Below are positions 1 to 13,310 of a DNA stretch of 64,000 nt, one piece after another. The notes under the pieces were generated by a model, which saw only the letters and a program-made list of their open reading frames with translations, was not told where the DNA came from and searched no databases. The stretch is from Zancudomyces culisetae HAW-14-8 (lineage: Eukaryota; Fungi; Kickxellomycota), in NCBI GenBank assembly GCA_052426225.1, contig JBNJNM010000007.1, positions 1-64,000 of the forward strand, in the 5' to 3' direction. The translations under genes and the position numbers were made by a program. Each line of letters starts with the position of its first letter. Position 1 is the first letter of the stretch.

Positions 1-1350
1 TCCTAACCCTAACCCTAACCCTAACCCTAACCCTAACCCTAACCCTAACCCCTAACCCTAACCCTAACCCCTAACCCTAACCCTAACCCTAACCCTAACC
101 CTAACCCTAACCCTACCTAACCCTAACCCTAACCCTAACCCTAACCCTAACCCTAACCCTAACCCTAACCCTAACCCTAACCCTAACCCTAACCCTAACC
201 CTAACCCTAACCCTAACCCTAACCCTAACCCTAACCCTAACCCTAACCCTAACCCTAACCCTAACCCTAACCCTAACCCTAACCCTAACCCTAACCCTAA
301 CCCTAACCCTAACCCTAACCCTAACCCTAACCCTAACCCTAACCCTAACCCTAACCCTAACCCTAACCCTAACCCTAACCCTAACCCTAACCCTAACCCT
401 AACCCTAACCCTAACCCTAACCCTAACCCTAACCCTAACCCTAACCCTAACCCTAACCCTAACCCTAACCCTAACCCTAACCCTAACCCTAACCCTAACC
501 CTAACCCTAACCCTAACCCTAACCCTAACCCTAACCCTAACCCTAACCCTAACCCTAACCCTAACCCTAACCCTAACCCTAACCCTAACCCTAACCCTAA
601 CCCTAACCCTAACCCTAACCCTAACCCTAACCCTAACCCTAACCCTAACCCTAACCCTAACCCTAACCCTAACCCTAACCCTAACCCTAACCCTAACCCT
701 AACCCTAACCCTAACCCTAACCCTAACCCTAACCCTAACCCTAACCCTAACCCTAACCCTAACCCTAACCCTAACCCTAACCCTAACCCTAACCCTAACC
801 CTAACCCTAACCCTAACCCTAACCCTAACCCTAACCCTAACCCTAACCCTAACCCTAACCCTAACCCTAACCCTAACCCTAACCCTAACCCTAACCCTAA
901 CCCTAACCCTAACCCTAACCCTAACCCTAACCCTAACCCTAACCCTAACCCTAACCCTAACCCTAACCCTAACCCTAACCCTAACCCTAACCCTAACCCT
1001 AACCCTAACCCTAACCCTAACCCTAACCCTAACCCTAACCCTAACCCTAACCCTAACCCTAACCCTAACCCTAACCCTAACCCTAACCCTAACCCTAACC
1101 CTAACCCTAACCCTAACCCTAACCCTAACCCTAACCCTAACCCTAACCCTAACCCTAACCCTAACCCTAACCCTAACCCTAACCCTAACCCTAACCCTAA
1201 CCCTAACCCTAACCCTAACCCTAACCCTAACCCTAACCCTAACCCTAACCCTAACCCTAACCCTAACCCTAACCCTAACCCTAACCCTAACCCTAACCCT
1301 AACCCTAACCCTAACCCTAACCCTAACCCTAACCCTAACCCTAACCCTAA
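1..1350. repeat. Telomeric repeat (CCCTAA)n = (TTAGGG)n, chromosome end
   Basis: Near-perfect CCCTAA array from the window start, with a few single-base slips in the first 120 bp. Confidence 0.99.
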
Positions 1351-1530
1351 CCCTATCCCTATCCCTATCCCTATCCCTATCCCTATCCCTATCCCTATCC
1401 CTATCCCTATCCCTATCCCTATCCCTATCCCTATCCCTATCCCTATCCCTATCCCTATCCCTATCCCTATCCCTATCCCTATCCCTATCCCTATCTCTAT
1501 CCCTATCCCTATCCCTATCTCTATCCCTAT
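1351..1530. repeat. Proximal variant telomeric block (CCCTAT)n
   Basis: Abrupt switch to CCCTAT at 1351; 30 hexamers, two of them CTCTAT. Confidence 0.95.
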
Positions 1531-1778
1531 CCCGAAATCAATCGAATCTTCATAAAAACTACTAACATAATCGCTTCTTTGATTGTAAAGTTATCAACCT
1601 GAATAGATACTTTTCTCAAAGAATCTGAACTTGATAATAATAAGATAAGTCCTAACACACTTAAATTCATTGCAGTTAAAAACAATAAAGCTCCTGGAAC
1701 ACAAAAGCTAGCTAAAATCATTGAAGATCACTGTTTTACGATAATATAAAATGCCACCAATGAAAAAATCCAACTGAT

Positions 1779-2108
1779 TATCATAAACTAATATTAAATA
1801 GTTTCAATTTAAATCAACAAAAAATATCAAAAATGATTTGGATGAATCAGAAATATGATTTTAAACATGTTTAATATTGAAACTAGCACAAAACACAACT
1901 TTCTTTAAATAGTTCATTAATTTTAACTACTTTCTATTTATGCAACATTTTAGTCTTTAATTTAAATTTATATATTATAAACAAAAAGTTTGAATATCAT
2001 TCTTATTCCTTCAGAAAAACTTATCTGACAACAATTGTCAAAAATATATATATTTTAAGGTAATACATATTAATCACCAAATTACACCAAAAATATACGT
2101 TCATGACA
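1779..2108 (+). repeat. LTR 1 (5')
   Basis: TATCATAAAC...TCATGACA; homologous to 7395-7725 and 12978-13310. Confidence 0.93.
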
Positions 2109-2143
2109 GTTTGTCAATTCAATATATATTAACTACTACTATC

Positions 2144-3496
2144 ATGTCAGAGAATAATAACAAAGACCTTAATGCACTAGTATCAATGACTGTAAGTCAA
2201 TTTAATGAATTACATAGGATGGCAACTGTCACGACTTGACACTAAGTACTATATGTTTACTTGGCTATGATTTATTTTATAAAATACTAGAGATGATAAG
2301 TTTTCTATTGCAAAAGTTTTCTAAAGCAATAAAATCCTTGTCCTTATATATTTTTACAATTTACAAATTTATTGTACAATATATAAAAAACTATACTTAA
2401 ACTATAACTTATAAACTAAATAATAATATCTGTCAACTTCACAGTTAACATTTAATAATATGGGGTAAAACAAAATTAATTAATATTATTAATTCTTATG
2501 TCATTTTTAATAATATATGGAGTAAGAATTATTGCTGAGAAAACGTTAATATATTTAACATTTGCAATTTTTAATAACATATTAAAAATAGCAATAATGT
2601 CATGAATAGATCATGACAGCAACCCAACTAGACGATCTTCAGTTCCGCTTAAATATGTTAAGAAATAATCAAGCAAACGAGTTGCCAGTGGCTAGAGAAC
2701 CAAGAGTAGCAGATCCTGAATACTTTAGTGGCGATAGAGACCAACTAAGAAACTTTGTAGCACAAGTCCAACTAGTAATACAAGCTCAACCCTCAAGATT
2801 TTCAACAGATACTCAGAAAGTCATTTTTGCTTCTACTTTCCTTCGTGGTCCTGCTTATTCGTGGCTACAACCATTTCTACAATCTAATGATCATGAACCA
2901 ATCCTGGAAAATTTTGACATTTTCATAAACAAACTTCATCGTGTTTTCGGAAATCCACACCAATCATCGACAGCTGAACGTCAACTCAGAAAACTTTGCC
3001 AGTTGGGATCCGCAGCCACCTATGCTACTGAATTTTGTCGTATTTCCACACTTATGTCCTGGCATGTCGCAGTACTCTGTAGCCAATTTTATGAAGGACT
3101 TAGTGAATAAATTAAGGATTTATAAGCCCGTTTTGATAGACCTGACAACTTATCAGATTTATTGACCTCGCCATAAAAATTGACAACATGCTATTTGTAA
3201 GAAACCTTGATAAAACGTTTTGCCCTCGCCCAATTCACACTTAAAATTTGGATAACTCTACACCATCAAGAAACAATTTAATAGTAATAACACAGCCTCG
3301 GGTGCAACAAATGGAAATTGACGGAGCTTTATCTCGTCGCCCACCACTCACTCAGACTGAAAAACAACGCCGCCGCGATCTTAATCTTTGTCTATACTGT
3401 GGTAATCCTGATCATGTCATTTCATCTTGTCCTCGTCGCCCGCAAATAAAGGTACCAAATACTATATCTGCAAGCATTATTAAGGAAAAAAATTAA
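2144..3496 (+). pseudogene. gag, copy 1 (interrupted by insert 2227-2618; stops and frameshift)
   Basis: ATG 2144 (MSENNNKDLNALV..HRMA) joins in frame to TQLDDLQ once the insert is removed. Retrotransposon gag domain (PEYFSGDR..FLRGPAYSW) and CLYCGNPDHVISSC knuckle. Confidence 0.9.
2227..2618. mobile_element. 392-bp solo-LTR-like insertion in gag, copy 1
   Basis: TGTCACGA...TCATGACA ends; perfect 5-bp TSD GCAAC (2222-2226, 2619-2623); removal restores the gag frame. Confidence 0.88.
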
Positions 3497-3552
3497 GCTC
3501 AAGACAATTTTCGGACGTAGTCTTGAGCGTATCTAATTATCCTAAACCGTCC
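3487..3552 (+). promoter_or_regulatory. Putative -1 ribosomal frameshift signal at the gag/pol junction (slippery site plus pseudoknot)
   Basis: A AAA AAT before the gag stop; stem GCTCAAGAC/GTCTTGAGC; loop GGACG complementary to CGTCC (3548-3552); the downstream frame is -1 relative to gag. Confidence 0.7.
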
Positions 3553-6500
3553 ACTTCAACCAAAAATCTTTACCCTTTAATTATTGCCGCTAATGAAACA
3601 ATCGGAAGTTTATATCAAGCTGAAGTAAATCTACCTTTACAATTTTACAATAAAATAAACACTACTTAAATAACCAATTTAACAACTGAATTAAATGTAA
3701 AGGATATATTCTACTACTCCAACTATAACTCAGGAAATATACATGAAACCAAATCTGAAGTCAAACCGGAACTTAATACTGAAGTCAAACCTGAACTTAA
3801 ACCTGAAACCAAATATGAACTTATAATTTAAACTAAACCCGTACTTCACTCATAACCTGAACTGAAGCCTGAACTCAAGCCTGTATCTACACCTGACTGC
3901 AACTTAAAAATTAATTCCACAATCAATAAGAATCTGATCATGAACATTTAAATATGTCAACAAATAAAGTTAAATCTCACCTTATAGTTTCAGTAACCCT
4001 TCGGGTAAACAATAACCCGATAAAAACCGTTCCCATGATTGATTCGGTTTCAACTAATTGCTTCATTGATTCTACTTTTGCCAATACTAATAACATTCCA
4101 TTAGTATTAAAATAATTACCAATTCTTCTACTAGTAATTGACGGAAGATTAATTTCGTCAGACTCCATAACACACAATACAATATCTCTATAACTTAACA
4201 CTTATAATCATCACATAACTATATCATTTGATGTAACCAAATTGGGAAAATACCCTGTTATATTTGTATTAAACTGGCTGAGAACCCATAATCCACACAT
4301 AGAGTGGAATTTAATAAGTTGTATTTCATGTCTGAATATTGCCAAAATAATTGTAGTATTCAACAAAATCAACGTTATACACACACAATAACTTGCACAT
4401 TAATTCCAGAAAAATCAGAAATATCTCTTATACCATCGGAATATGCTGAATTTAATGATGTATTCGACGAAAAAGCAGCTAATAATTTACCACCTCATCG
4501 TACATATGATCATAAAATTTCGTTAACACCAGGCTCACAACCACCATTTGGACCAATTTATTCACTAACTGAAACAGAACTCGCAGCACTTTGTGAATAT
4601 TAGAAAGTATATTTAGATAAAGGTTCTATATATCCTTCATCATCTTCCGCTGACTCTCCTATACTTTTTGTAAAAAAGAAAGATGGATCTTTAAGATTAT
4701 GCGTTGATTATAGTGGATTAAATAATTTGACAATTGTAAACAGGTATCTCTTACCTTTAATCGGAGAGTTACTCGACAGATTCAGTCAAGCGAAAATATT
4801 TTCTAAAATCGATTTAAGAGACGCATATAATTTAATAAGAATCGCTAAGGGAGAAGAATGGAATAATGCATTCCGTATGAGATACGGTCATATGAATATA
4901 GTGTTATGCCATTCGGACTCTGCAATGCTCCAGCATCGTTTCAATATTTCATGACTGATGTATTATCTGACTGCTTAGATAGATTTGCAGTAGTTTATTT
5001 AGATGATATACTGTTTATAATACAACATTAGCAGACCATATTAAGCATGTAAAAGATATATTAATAAGACTCCAGAATAATTCACTATATGCTAAACTGG
5101 AAAAATGTCGATTTCACAAAACAGAAGTCGAATTCTTGGGATATATTGTTTCCGATAAAGGGGTAAGTATGGATATAACAAAGACAATAGCTGTAAGTGC
5201 ATGGCCTGCACCAACCTTAATAAAAGAAATTCAAACGTTCCTTGGTTTTGCAAATTTCTATAGAAAATTTATAATGAATTTTTCAATGATTGTGACACCT
5301 ATAACAAAATTGTTACGAAATAATGAAAAATGGAACTGGACACTGAAGCACAAAACATTTGCGATCAATTAAAAAAACATCTACAACTGCACCTATTTTA
5401 AAATATTTTGATCCGATTAAATCAATTACTATCGAATCTGATACATCAGACTTCGCAATTAAAGGAGTTATATCACAACGCAACGATAATAACAATTTAC
5501 ATCCTATAGCATATTATTCCAGAATGTTACAACCTGCTGAAATCAACTACGAAATTTACGATAAAGAAATGTTAGCAATAATTATAGCTTTTAAAGAATG
5601 GAGATCATACCTCGAAGGAGCATTACATCAAATTACGGTTTTAACTGACCATAAAAATCTAGAATTTTTTACTACCACTAAAACTTTGAATAGGCGTCAA
5701 GCACGATGGGCTGAATTATTAGGAAATTATAATTTCATTATTAAATACGCAACTGGTTCATCTAACGGGATACCCGATGCTTTGTCCAGACGCCCGGATC
5801 ATTTGCCTAAGGAGGGGGATGACGCTCTACGTACTAATAAAACTTTGCTAAAGCCAGAACAATTGATAATTGCAGCAGTAGAACCAATGGATATAATAAT
5901 TTTGATAAAACTATATTTAATAGTAGCTACGAAAAAGATATTAAATCTATTTCCATTATTTCTAAATTGAAACATATTAACAATTCATCTAACTCTGAAT
6001 ATCCAAACTTAAATGATTATATGTACGACAATGAAATACTTACTTTTAAAGGTAAAACATACATTCCATATAACATTGAAATCAAACTACTACTACTCAA
6101 ATAATTTCACGATTCGCCTATTGCTGGACACTTCGGACATCTTAAAACCTTTGAAATGATTTCCAGATACTATTATTGGCCAAAAATGAGAAAAATTATT
6201 AAAAATTATATTAACTCATGCGATCAATGTTGCAGATGTAAACCGATAAGACACAAACCATATGGTCAACTACAACCTTTACAGATTCCAGAAAAACCGT
6301 GGGAATCAATTTCTATGGATTTTATTGTTGGGTTACCATTGTCACAAACTTACGATTTAGTATTGGTTATTGTAGATAGACTAACAAAAATGGCGCATTT
6401 TATTCCAACAAATAACAACATCAACGCACCACAAACAGCAAAACTATTTATCAATAACATATTTAAACTTCACGGACTGCTAAAAGATATCGTCTCTGAT

Positions 6501-7380
6501 AGAGGTTCTATCTTCACTTCAAAATTTTGGAATACTATTACCAAAGTATTAAATATAAAATTAAATATGTCAACAGCATACCATCCACAAACGGATGGTC
6601 AAACGGAACGAGTAAACCAAGTTTTAGAACAGTATATCAGAATTTATTGTAACTACAACCAAACAAACTGGCGTGGTTTATTAGCACTCGCAGAATTTGC
6701 ATATAATAACTCACAACACTCAACTACAAAATTTTCACCATTCTAAGCTAATACTGTATATCATCCTTCAATATTTGGATCAAATATTTTGACTTCACCC
6801 GTAACTCGCCCATAATCACAGATTTAACTCAGAAAATGTCACAAGTTACAAGGAACTTATAAATAATATTAAAAATGTAAATGAAAGATATGCTAAAGCA
6901 TATGATAAAAACAGACAAGCAGAACCCAAGTTTAATATAGTATCAAAAGTGTGGTTAAATAGAAAATAATTAAAACTAACAGACCAAATAACATACTAGA
7001 TTATACTAAATTAGGTCCATTGACAATAGTTATAAAATTAAGCAAAGTAGCATACGAACTTCAACTTCCTACGACTATGAAAGTACATCCTGTCTTTCAC
7101 GTTTCCCTTCTAGAAATAGTAACTTACAACACCATTGAAGGCCGAATTCATGAAACTCCATTACCGGTACTAGTTGATGGAATATCAGAATACAAAGTCG
7201 AACAAATATTAGACAGTCGTATTAAATATAATAAACTACAATATCTAGTGGACTGGAAAGGGTACGACGCAAGCGAAAGAACTTTGGAACCAGCCGAACA
7301 TCTAACAAATACAAAAGAACTTGTGGAAAAGTAACATAATGAAAACATGAATAAACCTATGTCGCTCAGAGATCGACACT
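3497..7380 (+). pseudogene. pol (PR-RT-RH-IN-chromodomain), copy 1
   Basis: Fragments [66 protein letters not shown]; many stops and frameshifts. Confidence 0.95.
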
Positions 7381-7394
7381 AAGAGAGGGAATAC
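7381..7394 (+). other. Polypurine tract, copy 1 (copy 2 at 12964-12977)
   Basis: AAGAGAGGGAATAC directly before the LTR. Confidence 0.85.
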
Positions 7395-7725
7395 TATCAT
7401 AAACTAATATTAAACAGTTTTAATTAAATCAACAAAAAATATCAAAAATGATTTGGATGAATCAGAAATATGATTTTAAACATGTTTAATATTGAAACTA
7501 GCACAAAACACAATTTTAATTTAAATAGTTCATTAATTTTAACTACTTTCTATTTATGCAACATTTTAGTATTTAATACTAAATATATATAATACAAACA
7601 AAAAGTTTTAATAGCATTCTTTATTCATTCAGAAAAACTTATCTGACATCTAGTGTCAACAATAAATATATTGTATAGTAGTACTTAATAATCACCAAAT
7701 TACACCAAAATTATAAGTTCATAGA
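7395..7725 (+). repeat. LTR 2 (shared middle LTR)
   Basis: Preceded by PPT, followed by the PBS-position sequence and gag of copy 2; 3' end degenerate (TCATAGA). Confidence 0.92.
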
Positions 7726-7760
7726 GTTTGTCAGATCAATATATAATTACTACTACTATC

Positions 7761-9114
7761 ATGTCGAAGAATAATTACAAAGACCTTAATGCACTAGTAA
7801 CAATGACTATAAGTCATTTTAATGAATTACGTAGGATGGCTTCTGTTACGACTTGACACTAAGTACTATTTAAATTAACTATGGCTATGATTTATTTAAT
7901 ATAATAATATGAGATTAAAAGTATTATTTTGCTAAAGTTTCCTAAAGCAATAAAATCATTGTCATTATATAGTTTTACAATATCAAAATTACTTCTAAAA
8001 CATAATACAAACTTTACTTAAACTATAACATAAACTAAATAATATTAACTGTCAACTCCACAGTTACATTTAATATAATGGGGTAAAACCAAAAAATAAA
8101 AATTATAAATTCTTACTCCATATTTATTAATTTATGGAGTATGAATTAAAGCGGAGAAAACGTTAATAAAATTAATATTTGCTATTTTATAATACTTAAT
8201 AATTATAGCAATAATGTCATGAATGGATCATGACAGCAACCCAACTAGACGATCTTCAGCTCCGCTTAAATATGTTAAGAAATATTCAAGCAAACGTGTT
8301 ACCAGTGGCTAGAGAACCAAGAGTAGCAGATCCTGAATACTTTAGTGGCGATAGAGATCAACTAAGAAACTTTGTAGCACAAGTCCAACTAGTCATACAA
8401 GCTCAACCCTCTAGATTTTCAACAGATACTCAGAAAGTCATTTTTGCTTCTACTTTCCTTCGTGGTTCTGCTTTCTCGTGGTTACAACCGTTTCTAGAAT
8501 CTAATGATTATGAACCAATTCTGGAAATTTTTGACATTTTCATAAACGAACTTCATCGTGTTTTCGGAAATCCACACTAATCTTCAACAGCTGAACGTCA
8601 ACTCAGAAAACTTCGCCATTTGGGATCCGCAGCCACCTATGTTACTGAATTTTGTCGTATTTCGACACTTATGTACTGGAATGACGCAGCACTCTGTAGC
8701 CAATTTTATGAAGCACTTAAAGAAGACATTAAGGATTTATTAGCATATTTTGATAGACCTGACAACTTTTCAGAATTTATTGACCTCGCTATAAAAATTG
8801 ACAACAGCCTATTTGAAAGAAACCTTATAAAAAACGTTACGCCCTCGCCCAATGCACATTCAAAATTTGATAACTCTACACCATCAAGAAACAATTTAAT
8901 AGTAATAACACAGCCTCGGGTTTAACAAATGGAAATTGACGGAAATTCATCTCGTCGCCCACCACTCACTCAGACTGAAAAACAACGCCGCCGCGATCTT
9001 AATCTTTGTCTATACTGTGGTAATCCTGATCATGTCATTTCATCTTGTCCTCGTCACCCGCAAATAAAGGTACCTAATACTATATCTGCAAGCATTATTA
9101 AGGAAAACAATTAA
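7761..9114 (+). pseudogene. gag, copy 2
   Basis: Colinear with copy 1; in-frame stops at 8578-8580 and 8923-8925; CCHC knuckle. Confidence 0.9.
7844..8235. mobile_element. 392-bp solo-LTR-like insertion in gag, copy 2
   Basis: Same site and length as 2227-2618; TGTTACGA...TCATGACA; flanks GCTTC/GCAAC. Confidence 0.85.
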
Positions 9115-12100
9115 GCTCAAGACAATTTTCGGACGTAGTCTTGAGCGTATCTAATTATCCAAAACCGTCCACTTCAATCAATAATCTTTACCCTTTAAGT
9201 ATTGCCGCTAATGAAACATCCGGAAGTTTATATCTATCTGAAGTAAATCTACCTTTACAATTTTACTATAAAATAAACATTACTGAAATAACCAAACTAA
9301 CACCTGAATCAAATGTAAAAGATACATTCTACTACTCCAACTATAACTCAGGAAATAAACCTGAAACCAAATCTGAAGTCAAACCTGAACTTAATACTGA
9401 AATCAAATCTGAACTTATAATTAAAACTAAACCCGTACTTCACTCATAACCTGAACTCAAGCCTGTATCTATACCTAACTGCAACTTAAAATTTTATTCC
9501 ACAATCAATAAGAATCTTGACTTGGAACATTTAAATATGTCAACAATAAAGTTAACTCTCACCTTATAGTTTCAGTAACCCTTCGGGTAAACAATAACCC
9601 GATAAAAACCGTTCTCATGATTGATTCGGGTGCAATTAATCGCTTCATTGATTCTACTTTGTCCAAGACTAATAACATTCCATTAGTATTAAAAAAATTA
9701 CCAATTCCACTACTAGTAATTGACGGAAGATTAATTTCGTCAGGCTCCATAACACACAATAAAATACCACTTCAACTTAACTCCTATTATTATCACGTAA
9801 TTTTATCTTTTGATGTAACCAAATTGGGAAAATACCCTGTTATATTTGTAATAACTGGCTGAGAACCCATAATCCACACATAGAGTGGGATTTAGATTAG
9901 TTGTATTCATATCTGCATATTGCCAAAATAATTGTAGTATTCAACAAAACCAATGTTATACACACACAATAACTTGCACATTAATTCCAGAAAAATCAGA
10001 AATAACTCCTATACCATCGGAATATTCTGAATTTAAAGATGTATTCGACGAAAAAGCAGCTAATAATTTAGCACCTCATCGTACATATGATCATAAAATT
10101 CCGTTAACACCAGGCTCACAACCACCATTTGGACCTTTTAATCACTATCTGAAACAGAACTCGCAGCACTTCGTGAATATTTGAAAGAAAATTTAGATAA
10201 CGGTTTTATATATCCTTCATCATCTCCTGCTGGCTCTCCTATACTTTTAGTAAAAAAGAAAGTTGGATCTTTAAGATAATGCGTTGATTATGAGGATTAA
10301 ATAACTTGACAATTAAAAGCAGGTATCTCTTACCTTTAATTGGAGTGTTACTCGACAGATTCAGACAAGCGAAAATATTTTCTAAAATCGATTGAAGAGG
10401 CGCTAATAATTTAATAAAAATCGCTAAGGGAGAAGAATGGAATACTGCATTCCGAACGAGATACGGTCACTATGATTATAGAGTTATGCCATTCGGACTC
10501 TGCAATGCTCCAGCATCGTTTCAATATTTCATGAATGATGTATTATCTGTCTGCTTAGATAGTTTTGCAGTAGTATATATATATGATATACTGGTTTATA
10601 GCACAACATTAGAAGACCATATTAAGCATGTAAAAGAAATATTAAGAAGACTCCAGAATAATTCACTTTATGTTAAACTGGAAAAATGTCGATTTCACAA
10701 AACAAAAGTCGAATGCTTAGGATATATTGATTCCGATAAACGGGTAAGTATGGATATAACAATGACAATAGCTGTAAGTGCATGGCCTGCACCAACCTCA
10801 ATAATAGTAATTCAAACGTTCCTCGGTTTTGCAAATTTAAATAGAAAATTTATAATAAATTTTTCAAATATTGTGACACCTAGAACAAAATTATTACAAA
10901 ATATGAAAAATGGAGCTGGAGCACTGAAGCACAAAACTATTTCGATCAATTAAAAAATTGCTTTTACAACTGCACCTATTTTAAAATATTTTGATCCGAA
11001 TAAATCAATTACTATCGAAACTGATGCATCAGACTTCTCAATTGGAGGAGTTTTATCACAACGCGACGATAATAACAGTTTACATCCAATAGCATATTAT
11101 TCCAGAAAGTTACAACCTGCTGAAATCAACTACGAAATTTACGATAAAGAAATGTTAGCCATAATTGTGGCTTTTAAAGAATGGAAATCATACCTCATAG
11201 GAGCATTACATCAAATTATGGTTTTAACTGACCATAAAAATTTAGAATATTTTACTACCACTAAAACTTTGAATAGGCATCAAGCACGATGGGCAGAATT
11301 ATTAGGAAAATATAATTTCATTATTAAATACGCAACTGGTTCATCTAACGGGAAACCCGATGCTTTGTCCCGACGCCCGGATCAGTTGCCTAAGGAGGGG
11401 GATGACGCTCTACGTAATAAGTAAAGTATGCTAAAGCCAGAACAATTGATAATTGTAGCAGTAGAACCAATGGTTGCTAATAATTTTGATAAAACTATAT
11501 TAAATAGTAGCTACGAAAAAGATATTAAAGTTAATTCCATTATTTCTAAATTGAAACATATTAACAATTCATCTAACACTGAATATCTAAACTTAAAGGA
11601 TTATAAATACGACAATGAAATACTTACTTTTAAAGGTAAAACTTACATTCCAGATAACATTGAAATCAAACTACTACTACTCAACCAATTTCACGATTCG
11701 CCTATTGCTGGACACTTTGGACATTCTAAAACCTTTGAACTGATTTCCAGATACTATTATTGGCCAAAAATGAGAAAAATGATTAAAAATTATATTAACT
11801 CATGCGATCAATGTTGCAGATGTAAACCGATAAGACACAAACCATAGGTCAACTACAACCTTTACAGATTCCTGAAAAACCGTGGGAATCAATTTCTATG
11901 GATTTTATTGTTGGGTTACCATTGTACAAACTTACGATTCAGTATTGGTTATTGTAGATAGACTAACAAAAATGGCGCATTTTATTCCAACAAATAACAA
12001 TATCAACGCACAACAAACAGCAAAACTATTTATCAATAACATATTTAAACTTCACGGACCGCCAAAAGATATCGTCTCTGATAGAGGTTCTATCTTTACT

Positions 12101-12963
12101 TATAAATTTTGAAATACTATTACCAAAGTATTAAATATAAAATTAAATATGTCAACAGCTTACCATATACAAACGGATGATCAAATGGAACGAGTAAACC
12201 AAGTTTTAGAACAGTATATCAGAATTTATTGTAACTACAACCAAACAAACTGGCATTATTTATTAGCACTCGCAGAATTTGCATATAATAACTCACAAAC
12301 TCAACTACAAAATTTTCACTACTCTACGCTAATACTGATTATCATCCTACAATATTTCGATCAAATATTTTGACTTCACCCAGTAACTCGCCCATAATCA
12401 CAGATTTAACTCGGAAAATGTCACAAATTTACAAGGAACTTATAAAAAATATTAAAAATGCAAATGAAAGATATGCTAAAGCATATGATAAAAACAGACA
12501 AGCAAAGTCCGAGTTTAATATAGGATCAAAAGTGTGGTTAAATAGAAAATATATTAAAACTAACAGACTAAATAACAAACTAGATTATACAAATTAGGTC
12601 CATTCACAATAGTTATAAAATTAAGCAAAGTAGCATACGAACTTCAACTTCCTACGACTATGAAAGTACATCCTGTCTTTCACGATTCCCTTCTAGAAAT
12701 AGTAACTAACAACACTATTGAAGGCCGAATTCATGAAACTCCATTATCGGTACTAGTTGATGGAATATCAGAATACAAAGTCAAACAAATATTAGACAGT
12801 CGTATTAAATATAATAAACTACAATATCTAGTGGACTGGAAAGGGTACGACGCAAGCGAAAAAACTTGGTAACCAGCCGAACATCTAACAAATACAAAAG
12901 AACTTGTGGAAAAGTACCATAATGAAAACCCGAATAAACCAATGTCGCTCAGAGATCGTCACT
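9115..12963 (+). pseudogene. pol, copy 2
   Basis: MIDSGA protease, [15 protein letters not shown] motif decayed to YIYD, integrase HHCC (HDSPIAGH..CDQC), chromodomain. Confidence 0.95.
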
Positions 12964-12977
12964 AAAAGAGGGAATAC

Positions 12978-13310
12978 TGTCATAAACTAATATTAAACAA
13001 TTTTAATTTATATCAACAAACATTATCAAACATGATTTGGATGAATCAGAAATATGATTTTAAACATGTTTAATATTGAAATTAGCACAAAACACAACAT
13101 TACTATAAATAGTTCAATATTTTTAACTACTTTCTATTTATGCAACATTTAAGTCTTTAATAATAAATTTATATAATACAAACAAAAAGTTTAAATAGCA
13201 TTTTTTATTCCTTCAGAAAAATTATCTGACAACAAGTGTCAACAATTAATATATTTTATAGTAGTACTAAATAATCACCAAATTACACCAAAATATACAA
13301 GTTCATGACA
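12978..13310 (+). repeat. LTR 3 (3')
   Basis: Canonical TGTCAT...ATGACA inverted ends; follows the PPT. Confidence 0.95.

Larger units (their letters stand above)
1779..13310 (+). mobile_element. Tandem Ty3/Gypsy chromovirus (Tf1/sushi-like), LTR-int-LTR-int-LTR, both copies pseudogenised
   Basis: Three ~330-bp LTRs. Each internal region has gag+CCHC, protease (IDSG), RT (YLDD in copy 1), RNase H, integrase and chromodomain. Flanks CTGAT (1774-1778) / CTTAT (13311-13315) form a 5-bp TSD with one mismatch. Confidence 0.96.

Noticed and set aside
1527-1721. 64-aa hydrophobic minus-strand ORF at the telomere junction
   Set aside because: Antisense of the A-rich decayed plus-strand frame; no independent support.
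1779-13310. RIP-like hypermutation of the tandem copies
   Set aside because: Differences seen include many transversions and indels, with no evident C-to-T dinucleotide bias by eye; not quantified.
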